64,000 nt of DNA from Cenarchaeum sp. (GCA_965242695.1 CBDESU010000002.1:1152001-1216000), one strand, 5' to 3'; counted from the first letter of the stretch, positions 38,601 to 48,124 are shown. Numbers and translations are program-made. Notes: generated by a model not told the origin, from the sequence alone.

Positions 38601-38727
38601 TACTTGCCCTGTCCAGGCGCAGGAGCGTGTCTGCCGCCGAGCCGGCGCTGCCATGGCTCGGCGCCTTTTTCATTGCCGTTCCCGGCCGCCCGCTGTCGTA
38701 CGCTTTCCCGCCCTTTTGCCTTCTCAT
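35653..38727 (-). CDS. Type IIG-like fused endonuclease / N6-adenine methyltransferase / specificity protein
   Basis: ADI...IEVK (PD-(D/E)xK-like), GEYYTP, ILDPACGSGTFL, GMDIHP, VSNPPW; start may be 38673. Confidence 0.85.
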   Translation of the reverse strand: MRRQKGGKAYDSGRPGTAMKKAPSHGSAGSAADTLLRLDRASSEAAVRDGIAGWLGESGIKCSLRYPTPAGTADIHLEHRHVMIEVKRQTRLDDGPMSRGSGSGRDGREESAYDRLGRYVDASRRQERLAGEKLRWRGVVTDGRRWWVWEWPSSGRGGKPRIYGNWNGRSLTRENVRELASALRRDYGGKEWSPPDPSAEFEEIRRQLEEAYAQNKILPDTKMQRHLWLEQLKAGGNHPSAGGEDGLFVAHTLLTLISRFVAGMPMPERGRERASRILHGFAAWAGGGGAAGTLAALKGAVDRYDWSSGKGDVLRALYMHYVDPGQRRSYGEYYTPDWLAEKMCSDVIDDAYIGAQLERFLDGKSISGILDPACGSGTFLYHAAKRLVESEPLAGQHLNRARTVEFVCRMIHGMDIHPVAVEMSIANMCRILGPIDLARLRVWQGDSLLLGRPGSSVHGAATGNLVLYSPGGTVLELPRAFLSDTADIDRFVGAAQAQRPMPHGIGARLGKDERDALRAAYSSMRRIVTAEGNGVWAWYIRNQAAPMLLSDGPRMGRIVSNPPWVTLNRMSDKGRAGQVAALGRELGAYAGGKRATGFDIASAFVLRCTSLYLDGRGGGGRAGWVLPRTAMHGGGQWRSMRDALAERGVSFWDLGREPFPKQTTSSAMIVGMRRGRGDMEIYRKGAEETEQHDSWADSADRKVGLRRIERTGYAEEPSAWLGRNGRPLARNGATLFPASLVRMRPESLRTAGGSASFATQDARHGAWRGFGGREGTVPAGWVRRCLFGKDLYPYCVPTATPCIIPMTEGGRWSPQRGRVKFWSDASAIYAEHRGRGKTTPRTLEDNLDFQGKLTSQFAARPPLVVYNKVGSRAYAAAVSEWAIVENGLYRVPCGSEDEAHFLSGLLNADALQGALSRTKENDNNYDTYLWKKVPIPRYDRADGRHVRLAALARKAQETALGACGADAGARRPDVLRLLRDAGISADIDAAARALLPRHAAGGRGGRREDAGGGGRGRKGLELYA

Positions 38728-39556
38728 GCCGTCGAATGCGCCGCCCCATTGGCCGCCTATATTCCGCGCGTGGACGCCGCATGCGCCTGCGCATGCGCCT
38801 GCGGCCTGCCGCAGATCTGCATGGCACGCGTGCACAAAGCGCGCAAGGCGGAGGCCGGCATGTGGAGGCAGGCCGGCAGATGCAATTTGGGGCGAAGGAT
38901 GATCAGGCCGGAAAACGGAGGGCGCCCTGCCCTTAGTTCGTGCCGGCGGTCGACTCTAGCACGGGGCAGCTTGGCAGAGCTTCGTGTTCGCATCAGTCCT
39001 AGGCCATTCGCTGACAACCGTCGGCCCTAGGGGCTCGCATGCGAGGTTGGCCGGTGGCGCGCATGGGTGCAATACGGGCATTGCCTGCAACAGGGGTCTT
39101 GGGGGCGCACATTCTGGCCTGATGCCCCCTCACCTGGGCTACCGCCCCTGCCGTACTTCATTGGGGGGAGAGCGTAGCGCCTCGGCCCATGCGCACTCTG
39201 TCCTAGCGGACTTGATGGTCACGATCCTGGCCGCATGCTAGGGTCGAATGTGCCGCTACATGTGCGTACGGGCAATGATCCCAAGGGCGTGGACGGAGCT
39301 CGGCGGTAGCTGCGCGTGCTGCGGTGGGAGGGGAGGCGCTCGCGGCACGGCCGCCGGCCGACGGGGTGCCGGCCGGCGGCATGCGGCGCTCGGGATCGGC
39401 ACACGGTGGCGGCGAGGACACACGGATGCCGGTTGGGATATCCCATGGCCGGCGGCGCGGGCAGCCGCATGCCTTACCTGACGGCCCGGCCGCGCGCCTG
39501 CGCAGCTTCGCACTCCTGCCCATGCTTTTTATACGAACCGCCGATTTTGGCGCCCG

Positions 39557-39931
39557 TTGGTAGGCGAGGTCGTGGCCGGCTACAGCACCGTCCTCATGAT
39601 GTTCGGCTTTGCCGTGGTGGCGACGGCGCCTGCGCTGCTCGTCTCGCGCATGATCTCGCCTCGGCGCGGCAACAACCCCGTAAAGTTCCTGCCCATGGAG
39701 TGCGGGCAGGTCCCAAAGGGCGAGGGCCGCACGCACTTTATGATGCAGTACTATGCGTACATCCTCATGTTCGTCGTGTTCGACGTCATGGCCATCTTCC
39801 TGTACGCCTGGGGCGGCACGCTGCTGAACCTGCCGCGGGAGGCCACGCTGCCGATCATTGCGTTCCTGGGCATCATGTTCGCCGCGATGGCGTTCGCGCT
39901 GTACCAGTCGAGGAGGCGGGACATTTGGTAG
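39557..39931 (+). CDS. nuoA: NADH-quinone oxidoreductase subunit A
   Basis: PMECG, YILMFVVFDV, three TM helices. Confidence 0.92.
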   Translation: MVGEVVAGYSTVLMMFGFAVVATAPALLVSRMISPRRGNNPVKFLPMECGQVPKGEGRTHFMMQYYAYILMFVVFDVMAIFLYAWGGTLLNLPREATLPIIAFLGIMFAAMAFALYQSRRRDIW

Positions 39932-39956
39932 TCTCGCCGAGCGGGGGGCGCCGGCC

Positions 39957-40481
39957 TTGCTGAAGCAGCTCGTCACGCCGCACACGGCCAACGTGTTCGT
40001 CGGCAAGCTCGGCGACCTGCTAGAGAGGGCCGTCGACAAGCCGCTCGGCTACGCGATCAACTGGGGCCGCATCTGGTCGCTGTGGCCCGTCCACATCGAG
40101 ACGGCCTGCTGCAGCGTGGAGTTTGGCGCCGCGTCGGGCCCCCGGTACGACGTCGAGCGGTTCGGCATCATCGAGGCGTTCGGCTCGCTGCGCCAGTGCG
40201 ACCTGATCGTCGTGCAGGGGACGATAACGCGCAAGATGGCGCCGCGACTGCGCCTCGTATACGACCAGATGCCCGAGCCAAAGTACGTAATTGCGATGGG
40301 CGCGTGCGCCATTACGGGCGGCCTCTACTTCGACTCGTACAACGTCCTGCCCGGGATCGACGGCGTGCTGCCCGTCGACGTGTACGTTCCGGGCTGCCCG
40401 CCCCGCCCCGAGACGCTCATACAGGGGTGCATGCTCCTGCAGGAAAAGATCAAGCGGTCAAAGGCGCGCCGCCGCGTCTAG
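39957..40481 (+). CDS. nuoB: NADH-quinone oxidoreductase subunit B
   Basis: TACCSVE, MGACA..GG, PGCPPRPE. Confidence 0.95.
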   Translation: MLKQLVTPHTANVFVGKLGDLLERAVDKPLGYAINWGRIWSLWPVHIETACCSVEFGAASGPRYDVERFGIIEAFGSLRQCDLIVVQGTITRKMAPRLRLVYDQMPEPKYVIAMGACAITGGLYFDSYNVLPGIDGVLPVDVYVPGCPPRPETLIQGCMLLQEKIKRSKARRRV

Positions 40482-40528
40482 GACGCGCGCGGCAGACAGT
40501 TATACGGCGCCTGTCCTGCCGCATGCGC

Positions 40529-41866
40529 ATGGCACTGGTCGTCGACGCGCAGGTGGCCGGCATATCCGGCGACATGCTCGTCTCTGCCATGGTCGACATG
40601 GGCGCGTCGGCCTCGCGCGTGCGCGACGCGGTCCGCGGCGCCGCGTCAAAGCTGCCGGGGGGGCCCGTGCTCGAGGCCGCGTTTGAGCGGGTCGCAAAGC
40701 GCGGGATCGCGGCGACCGGGCTGTCGCTCTCTGCGGACGGCGGGCTCGCCGGCAGGTATGCGGTGCCCGACCTGCGCAGGTGCGTGTCCGAAGGGTGCGC
40801 GGCGGCCGGGCTCTCCGATGCCGCATCGTCGCTTGCATCGGATGCGCTCGGCATACTGGTAGGGTCCGAGGCGGCGGTGCACGGCTCGGGTGCAGACTCG
40901 GCGCACCTGCACGAGGCCGCCGGCCTGGACACGGTCGCGGATATGGTCGGCGCCGCCGCGGCGGCAGACGACCTGGGGATCGCCGGCGGGCATGCGGCCT
41001 GCACCCCCGTGGCCGTCGGCTGCGGGACCGTCACATTCTCGCACGGGACTACTCCGTGCCCCGCGCCGGCCGTGGTAGAGGCGCTGCGCGGGTCTGGCAT
41101 TCTGACGTGCCCCGGCGGCGCGCCGGGTGCGCCGCCGCGCGCCGAGCTTGCCACGCCGACGGGGGTGTCCCTGCTGCGCGCGATGTGCCCCGAGTGCGCC
41201 CCCGCATACCCAGAGATGGCCGTCGAGGCCGTCGGGCACGGCGCCGGCTCTGCCGACTTTGACGGCTTTGCAAACGTGCTGCGCCTTGTGCGCGGCGACT
41301 CTTTTGCCGATGCCGGCGTCGGCGCCGGCACGGTCGGCGTCCTGGAGACCATGCTCGACGATGCGACCGGCGAGGAGATCGGCAGGGCCCTAGAGGCCGT
41401 CTCCGCGGCGGACGGCGCGCTCGACGCGTGGGCCTCGCCCGCACTGGGAAGGAAGGGCAGGCCGGCGCACGAGGTTACGGTCGTATGCGAGGCCGGCGCC
41501 GAGGCGCGCCTTGCGCGCATGCTCATGGCCGAGACGGGCACGCTCGGCGTGCGCGCTCGCAGGTCTGCCCGCATCGAGGCGGGCCGCTCGGAGCGCACCG
41601 TTCGGGTACGGCTGCGCGGCTCGGACCATGCGGTGCGGGCAAAGCGCAGCGCCGCGACGGGCAGGGAAAAGCCAGAGTCGGACGACGTGGCGGCCGCCGC
41701 GGCGGCGGCCGGGGTGCCGTACATCGAGGCCTCGCGGGCTGCCTCCGCGGCCGTTGCCGCGGCGGCGGCGACGGGGGAGGCGGGGCGGGGGCACGGAGGC
41801 GATGATGGCCGCGGCGATGCCGGCAGCGGCGATGGCAGGGGAGGAGACGGCGGCGATGCGGCCTAG
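40529..41866 (+). CDS. larC: Nickel-pincer cofactor nickel insertase
   Basis: AGISGDM, AHLHEA...D, HG..P.PAPA, ELATPTG, ETMLDD.TGE, ETGTLGVR. Confidence 0.9.
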   Translation: MALVVDAQVAGISGDMLVSAMVDMGASASRVRDAVRGAASKLPGGPVLEAAFERVAKRGIAATGLSLSADGGLAGRYAVPDLRRCVSEGCAAAGLSDAASSLASDALGILVGSEAAVHGSGADSAHLHEAAGLDTVADMVGAAAAADDLGIAGGHAACTPVAVGCGTVTFSHGTTPCPAPAVVEALRGSGILTCPGGAPGAPPRAELATPTGVSLLRAMCPECAPAYPEMAVEAVGHGAGSADFDGFANVLRLVRGDSFADAGVGAGTVGVLETMLDDATGEEIGRALEAVSAADGALDAWASPALGRKGRPAHEVTVVCEAGAEARLARMLMAETGTLGVRARRSARIEAGRSERTVRVRLRGSDHAVRAKRSAATGREKPESDDVAAAAAAAGVPYIEASRAASAAVAAAAATGEAGRGHGGDDGRGDAGSGDGRGGDGGDAA

Positions 41867-42707
41867 CCTGGACGACCTCGTCGACTGGTTCGACGGCCGC
41901 GGCCCCGCACTCGTCGCCGTCTCGGGCGGGGTCGACAGCGCCCTTGTGGCCCTAGCGGCGCGCCGCAGCCTCGGCGATGCGGCCTCGGCCGTCACGGCCG
42001 ACTATTCTACGATGCCGCGCGACGACCTAGAGTCGGCCGGCCGCACGTGCGCCGAGATCGGCATACGGCAGGAAGTCGTAAGGTACGACGAGCTTGCCGA
42101 CGAGCGGTTCGCCCGCAACGACCGGGATCGCTGCTTCTACTGCCGGACCGAGCTCGCATCGCGCCTGGCCTCGCTGGCGGCGGACCGCGGCGCCCGTACG
42201 GTGGCCGACGGCACGCACCTTGACGACCTGGGCGACTACCGGCCGGGCATACGGGCGATGCGCGACGGCGGCGTGAGCAGCCCGCTCGTCGAGGCCGGCT
42301 TTGCAAAGGCCGACGTGCGGCGCGAGGCCGCATCGGCCGGCCTGTCGGCACACGACCGGCCGGCGAACTCGTGCCTGGCCTCGCGCATCCCGTGGGGGCG
42401 GCGCGTGACGGCCGAGAGGCTCGCGCGGGTAGAGGTCGCCGAGTCGATGGTGAGGTCCATATCCGGGGTCGCCGGCGCCGTGCGCGTGCGCGACCTGGGC
42501 GGGGCGGCTAGCATCGAGGTCGAGCGCGCCGGCATTGGGCTTGTCTCGGATCCGGCCGTACTCGGTCCCCTCTCGGAGAGGCTGCGCGCGATCGGGTTCG
42601 ACTCTGCCCGCGTCGACCCAGAGGGGTACGCGCCAGGCAGGGCCAACGCGGGAGGCGGTCCTGCGGGCGCGGCGGCATCGCAGCCGAAGGGGGGCGCTGC
42701 GCCGTGA
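41856..42707 (+). CDS. larE: ATP-dependent sulfur insertase
   Basis: SGGVDS PP-loop, RCFYC, DDLGDYRPG, SCLASR. Confidence 0.9.
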   Translation: MRPSLDDLVDWFDGRGPALVAVSGGVDSALVALAARRSLGDAASAVTADYSTMPRDDLESAGRTCAEIGIRQEVVRYDELADERFARNDRDRCFYCRTELASRLASLAADRGARTVADGTHLDDLGDYRPGIRAMRDGGVSSPLVEAGFAKADVRREAASAGLSAHDRPANSCLASRIPWGRRVTAERLARVEVAESMVRSISGVAGAVRVRDLGGAASIEVERAGIGLVSDPAVLGPLSERLRAIGFDSARVDPEGYAPGRANAGGGPAGAAASQPKGGAAP

Positions 42708-43915
42708 TCTACTTGGACAACGCGGCGTCGACGCCGGTGCGGCAAGAGGTGCTCGACGCGATGCTGCCGTACCTGGGCCAGCAGCACGGCAACCCCTCCT
42801 CCCTGCACTCGTACGGCAGGGCCGCCGAGCGGGCCCTGGCCGCGGCCCGCCGGCAGGTCGCCTCGCTCGTCAACGCCGCCTCTCCGTCCGAGATACTGCT
42901 CACGTCGGGGGGGACAGAGTCCGACAACCTGGCCGTGCTCGGCGCGGCCGCGGCGGCCGAGCGCCGCGGCGCGCCGCGGCGCATCGTCACGACCGCAATC
43001 GAGCACGAGGCCGTGCTGGAGCCGTGCAGGCGCCTTGCCGCATCGGGGTTCGAAGTGGTATGCGTGCCGCCGGACAGGACGGGCCGCGTCGACGCGGGGG
43101 CCGTATCCGACGCCGTCTCGGACGGCAGCGGCGCCTGCCTCGTCTCGATGATGCTCGCCAACAACGAGGTCGGGGCGGTGCAGCCTGTCGCCGAGGCGGC
43201 CCGCCTGTGCCGCGGCTCGGGTGCCGTGTTCCATACGGACGCGGTGCAGGCTGTAGGTAAGATCCACGTAGATGTGCAGGCGCTCGGCGTCGACCTCCTC
43301 TCCGTGTCGGCGCACAAGATCAACGGGCCAAAGGGGGCCGGGGCGCTGTACGTGCGGCGCGGCACCACGGTTGACCCGCTCATACTGGGCGGCGGGCAGG
43401 AGGGCGGCATGCGGTCGGGCACGGAGAACGTGCCGGCCGCGGCCGGCTTTGGCAGGGCATGCGAGCTGGCCGCCCGAGACCTCGGCGAGGCGGCGGCCCG
43501 TGCGCGCCGCCTCCGCGACAGGCTCGTCGCCGGCGTGGCCGCATCCATATCGCACTCGGCGTGCAACGGGCCCGCCCCCGATCCGGTGGGCTGCCAGGGG
43601 GCCGGTCAGCCGTCCGTCCTGCCGGGCACGGCCCACTTTACGTTCCTGGGCGTGAGCGGCGAGGACCTGCTCCTAAAGCTCGACGAGGAGGGCATTGCCG
43701 CATCGACCGGCTCTGCTTGCACCGTCAAGACGCAAAAGGCATCGCACGTCCTAGAGGCCATGGGCTTTACCCACGAGCAGGTGTCCGGCTCGCTGCGCCT
43801 GAGCATCGGCGCGTCAAACACCGAGGAAGAGATCGACCACACCGTCTCCGCACTCACTCGGATAGTCGCCGACCTGCGGCGCGTCTCGCCGCACCGCGCA
43901 AAGTACGGGCTCTGA
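42704..43915 (+). CDS. iscS: Cysteine desulfurase (IscS/NifS type)
   Basis: YLDNAAST, SGGTESDN, SAHKINGPKG, STGSAC. Confidence 0.95.
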   Translation: MIYLDNAASTPVRQEVLDAMLPYLGQQHGNPSSLHSYGRAAERALAAARRQVASLVNAASPSEILLTSGGTESDNLAVLGAAAAAERRGAPRRIVTTAIEHEAVLEPCRRLAASGFEVVCVPPDRTGRVDAGAVSDAVSDGSGACLVSMMLANNEVGAVQPVAEAARLCRGSGAVFHTDAVQAVGKIHVDVQALGVDLLSVSAHKINGPKGAGALYVRRGTTVDPLILGGGQEGGMRSGTENVPAAAGFGRACELAARDLGEAAARARRLRDRLVAGVAASISHSACNGPAPDPVGCQGAGQPSVLPGTAHFTFLGVSGEDLLLKLDEEGIAASTGSACTVKTQKASHVLEAMGFTHEQVSGSLRLSIGASNTEEEIDHTVSALTRIVADLRRVSPHRAKYGL

Positions 43916-43937
43916 GCCGGCGCTTCCTTCGCGCCCG

Positions 43938-44876
43938 TCATGCTCGAGGCAGGCCGGCGCCGATGCCGAGACCCGCGCCGCGCCGCGACAGCGCGGCCGC
44001 CGCCCCGACGGCGGCGGCCAGGGCGGCGGCGGCCGCCAGCCCGAACTCGGGCACGACGCACGTCCCTATCACCTCTACGTGCCCGTCGCCCTCCTTGAAC
44101 GGCACCTTGACGACCCTCTTGTCGGACATGTCGCTGATCTTTTCATACGGGGTCTGCGCGCCGTCGACAAGTATGATGAACAGCTCGTCGCCGCCCTCGC
44201 AGCCGGCCGTCCTCGCATCGATGTACCTGCGCGGCAGCTCGAGCGTGAGTGACCCCCCGCCCCTCCCCGCCTCCTCGATGAACACGCTCATGCCGAGCGA
44301 GTCGGGGTTGATCCTCATGCCGCCGAGCTTGCCGCCGGCTATAGTGTACGGCACGTCGAACGTGCCCGAGCTGCCCGCGTCGACCTCGTAGAACGACGTC
44401 GACTCTACCGTCCCGGGCGCGGTGATTGAAAACGAGGTCTCGACCGAGCCGTGGACGCTGTAGTGGGCCTCGGCCCTGTACTCGCCGGCCGGCCACGCCT
44501 CGCTCGACGTGTAGATGATGTCCGTATAGCTGCCGTCCTGCGCTACGTCCACCTGCGCTATGTGTATCCGCTTGACCGGGTCCCCCTCGCTGTTGGTGTG
44601 GAACACGGTGACCAGGACGGGGGTGTCGTCTACCACGACGCGCACATTGCCGTGTATGACGATGGTGTCGCCGTGGTCGTACACGGCGGCTGCCGTGTCG
44701 ACGGTGAGGATCGGCTCGGCCGCCTGGGCCCACGCGTGCTGCCAGCCGCTGCCTCCGTCCGCCGCCCAGCCGCCGTCGGTGGCCGCCGCCGCAGAGGCGG
44801 CCGCAACGACTGCCAGCGCCACTGCGAGCATGCATGCCGGCGCGCCAGCGCGGGCCGTCCGGCCTGTGGGGGCCAT
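43938..44876 (-). CDS. PEFG-CTERM surface protein 1
   Basis: Signal peptide; C-terminal VVPEFG + hydrophobic helix + RR. Confidence 0.88.
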   Translation of the reverse strand: MAPTGRTARAGAPACMLAVALAVVAAASAAAATDGGWAADGGSGWQHAWAQAAEPILTVDTAAAVYDHGDTIVIHGNVRVVVDDTPVLVTVFHTNSEGDPVKRIHIAQVDVAQDGSYTDIIYTSSEAWPAGEYRAEAHYSVHGSVETSFSITAPGTVESTSFYEVDAGSSGTFDVPYTIAGGKLGGMRINPDSLGMSVFIEEAGRGGGSLTLELPRRYIDARTAGCEGGDELFIILVDGAQTPYEKISDMSDKRVVKVPFKEGDGHVEVIGTCVVPEFGLAAAAALAAAVGAAAALSRRGAGLGIGAGLPRA

Positions 44877-44933
44877 GGCCGCGCCGGCAGGGGCTCGGTA
44901 TATTTCCCTTGCGGGCCCAGCATCCGGGCGCGC

Positions 44934-44947
44934 AAAAAATAAAAAAA
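44934..44947 (-). terminator. Oligo-T archaeal terminator candidate
   Basis: TTTTTTTATTTTTT on the minus strand about 10 nt after the stop at 44957. Confidence 0.55.
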
Positions 44948-44956
44948 TGATGAAAG

Positions 44957-45862
44957 CTAGAAGCGTGGAACGGCGCTGAGCCTCGAGCGGGCCGTAATGG
45001 CCACTATCGAGACGATTGCGACGATCAGCACAAGGACTGCCACCGTGCCGAACTCGGGGACGACGCAGGCGCCTACGACCTCTATGCTCTCGGCGCCGGC
45101 CGGGAACATGACCTCGACGGCCATGCCGTCAAAGGTGTAGTCGTCGCTCTGCTCGCCGTCGACAAGGACTAGCGGATCGCCGCGCTGGTCGCACCCGCTC
45201 ACGAGCGGGCTGACAGACAGCATTCCGTCGTCGTCGGCGCTGACGTCGATCTTCAGCACGGACATGTCGTCGCTAGTGCTCGTCGATACGCCGGACACCA
45301 TGCCGCCAGTGATCTCGTACGGTACGCAGGTGTCGGCAACCGACAGCTCGTCGTCGCCGCACTCGACCGGCTCGGCAGGCATCGAGGGCATCCTCGGCGC
45401 CAGCCCGTCGGTCAGTTCTACCATGACCTTGTTGTTGATACTGGACCCGCCGTACTGGACGCGGATGGTGTAGGTGCCGTCGTATTTCCACTGCTCGCTG
45501 GCCGTGTTGAACTCGGTATAGAACGAGCCGTCGTCGTCGACGTCTAGCTGGCTTATGCCAACCAGGTTGCCCGTGCTGCTCGTGACCGTCATCGTGACCG
45601 GCACGCCTGCCCTGATCGTGGCCACCTGGCCGCTTACTTCTATCATTGAATCGTGGTCGTATGTAGCCATGTCGGTGCTGACCGTGATCGGAACCGCCTG
45701 CAGGGCGTCCATCATAGCCTGGCCCCTGCCGTCTCCTACGCAGTCTGGGCACGGGTACGACTCTATCGTCCCCTTGTGGTCATCTGCAAGTGCGGGAGTG
45801 AGGGTAACCGTGCTGGCCACTGCCAGCAACGCCATTAGCATGTACGACGTGTGCGCATTCAT
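44957..45862 (-). CDS. PEFG-CTERM surface protein 2
   Basis: Signal peptide; VVPEFGTVAVLVLIVAIVSIV..ARSR. Confidence 0.92.
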   Translation of the reverse strand: MNAHTSYMLMALLAVASTVTLTPALADDHKGTIESYPCPDCVGDGRGQAMMDALQAVPITVSTDMATYDHDSMIEVSGQVATIRAGVPVTMTVTSSTGNLVGISQLDVDDDGSFYTEFNTASEQWKYDGTYTIRVQYGGSSINNKVMVELTDGLAPRMPSMPAEPVECGDDELSVADTCVPYEITGGMVSGVSTSTSDDMSVLKIDVSADDDGMLSVSPLVSGCDQRGDPLVLVDGEQSDDYTFDGMAVEVMFPAGAESIEVVGACVVPEFGTVAVLVLIVAIVSIVAITARSRLSAVPRF

Positions 45863-46078
45863 CTTGGGCGGCGGCCCGCAGTGTAGGTATTTATGTATAT
45901 ATTTAGCCCGGCAGGGGAAGCTGCGCCGGCCGCGCGCCTTGGCGTAGTGAGCCGCCCGGCCGCGCGCCTGCTGGTGGGCCGGCCTTGGCGTGCAGGCCCG
46001 CTTCCCCGCTTGCCGAGGCGTGTCTGCCCTCCGCAGGACGCACCCCGGAGGCGCTCTGGCGCACTCCTTCCGCCATGT

Positions 46079-46471
46079 GGCGGCCGGGCCGGGCCCCGGC
46101 CCCTACAGGGCCTGTCCTCGCACGGCAGCATACACGGATGCGGCCGGGCCGGGCCCCGGCCCCTACCGGGCCCGCTTCCTCCGCCCGTGCCTTCTGATCC
46201 AAGTTCTCACGCGGGCCTGACGGGCCCCGGCCCCTACCGGTCTGCCCACTCCACAGGAGGCATGTACGGATGGCGGCAGGGCGGGCCCAGGCCCATGCTG
46301 GGGCCGCCGCTTGGAACAAGCGAGCCAGCGTGCAGGACGCGGCGGCGGATCCGCGGGCATGGGGGCTGCCGTCCTGCACGCCCTTGGTTCCTGCCGTGGC
46401 GACGACAGGTCGGCGGCACTGGCGGCCGTCAGGTCGCCTGCCGTCCTGCACGCCCTTGGTTCCTGCCGTGG
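46079..46471. repeat. Cluster of short intergenic direct repeats
   Basis: gcggccgggccgggccccggcccctac x2 plus a partial copy; ctgccgtcctgcacgcccttggttcctgccgtgg x2 (about 46366 and 46438). Confidence 0.8.
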
Positions 46472-46787
46472 TAGGCGCGCACGGCGGCATGGGGACGTCG
46501 CGCAAAGATCCGGGCACGGGCAGATCCACCCTGCCCGCCGAACGGTCCCGGGCTACGCGGTTCTGTCCTGTGGGCCTCCGCTATGGCGGCGCGCACGCGG
46601 CTGACGGCCGACCGACCGCAACCCGCATCGCGCGCCCCGCGGCCTGTCTGGGGGGTGGAGCGGCCGCGAAGCCTCTGCGTCCCCTTCGGGCCGCCCCGCG
46701 CGCCCTGCCGCGTGCGGCGGCGGCCCGCGCGGGGCCGCGCGCCCCGCGGTGCCTTGAAAAGAAGAAAAAACTCGCACGTGCGTTTTG

Positions 46788-47681
46788 TCAGTACCTGGAC
46801 AGGATGCTGAGCCTAGACCTTGCAGTCATGGCCACTATGGCGACCACGGCTACGGCTAGGATCATGACTGCGATTGTGCCGAACTCGGGTATCACGCACG
46901 TTCCGATGATCTCTATCTGCGATGCGCCAGCCTCGAAGGTGATCGACAGGCTCCTTGAGGCGTCTGCAATGCTCTCCGCAAAGTCTCTCTCCTCGCCGTC
47001 GACGAGGACGATGAACGCGTCGTCATTGCCGCTGCATCCGTCGGCCCTTGCGTCAAGGACCTCCCTCGGGAAGTCGATGATGAGGGTGCCGTCGCCGTCC
47101 GCATCGATGCCGATGACGATCGAGTTGCTCGCCTCGTCGGGCATGATGCTGGTGAGGCTGCCGCCGGTGATCGAGTATCCTACGCTGACGTCCGAGCCGT
47201 CGATGGCGTACGTCGGCGAGCCGGGCGGCAGGAGGCTGCCGGGCGTCGGGCCAGGAGCCGGATCGGGCTGTGGCGCTGGCGGCGTGGGAGTGACGATGCC
47301 GGACGAGCCGCCGAACGAGATCGTCGTCATGGCGGTCTGCTGGCCTCCGCCCTCTCCATAGTAGACCATTACGGTATAGTCGCCGGCCGTCCTCCACTGC
47401 TTGCCTGCGACGATGTCCGCCGCAAACGTGCCGTCGCCGGCAACCGTGAGCTGCTCGACCTGGACGATGTTGTTGTGCGGCGGCGGCGCCAAGACTTGGA
47501 GCGCGACGGGGAAGCCCCGCAGGATCTGGCCCACCTGGCCCGTCACCTGCACGGTCTCTCCGTCGGTGTACGAGGTCTTGTCGGTCATGACCTCTAGCGC
47601 CCCCTGAGCGTAGATTGGCGTCAGAGCCACGCCCGCGACGAGAACCGCGGACACGGCTAGAACTGAAAGGCAAGTGTTCAT
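46788..47681 (-). CDS. PEFG-CTERM surface protein 3
   Basis: Signal peptide; VIPEFGTIAVMILAVAVVAIV..ARSR. Confidence 0.92.
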   Translation of the reverse strand: MNTCLSVLAVSAVLVAGVALTPIYAQGALEVMTDKTSYTDGETVQVTGQVGQILRGFPVALQVLAPPPHNNIVQVEQLTVAGDGTFAADIVAGKQWRTAGDYTVMVYYGEGGGQQTAMTTISFGGSSGIVTPTPPAPQPDPAPGPTPGSLLPPGSPTYAIDGSDVSVGYSITGGSLTSIMPDEASNSIVIGIDADGDGTLIIDFPREVLDARADGCSGNDDAFIVLVDGEERDFAESIADASRSLSITFEAGASQIEIIGTCVIPEFGTIAVMILAVAVVAIVAMTARSRLSILSRY

Positions 47682-47872
47682 TGCCCCCGTGCCGCCCCCG
47701 TGCGTATTTAAGGCTTGAAAAACTATTCTAGACCTAGGGGTCAACCGGATCTAGCTTGGCCAAAGCCTGCTAGGTATATATTAACCGTGCAGGGCGCGCC
47801 GCCGGTTGTCTGGGCAGCGGTATTGCGGCGGCTTGGGCGGTTGCGCGCCGCCCGGCCTAGGGGTGGCGTGAC

Positions 47873-48124
47873 GTGGCCGTCAAGAAGCAGCAGATACTGG
47901 TGCCAGACCACGTCCTGGTGCCAAAGCACGAGATCATGACAAAGGCCGAGGCCGAGGAGGTCATGGAGCGGTACCACTGCAAGCCGACCGAGATGCCGCT
48001 GATCTACGTCACCGACCCGGCGATCGTAAAGCTCGGCGTCAAGCCGGGCGACCTGATCAGGATCACGCGCAGCAGCAGCACGGCCGGCGAGAGCATCTAC
48101 TACAGGTACGTGGTGGAAGTCTGA
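47873..48124 (+). CDS. rpoH: RNA polymerase subunit H (Rpo5)
   Basis: HVLVPKHEI, P.I...DP, YYRYV. Confidence 0.95.
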   Translation: MAVKKQQILVPDHVLVPKHEIMTKAEAEEVMERYHCKPTEMPLIYVTDPAIVKLGVKPGDLIRITRSSSTAGESIYYRYVVEV

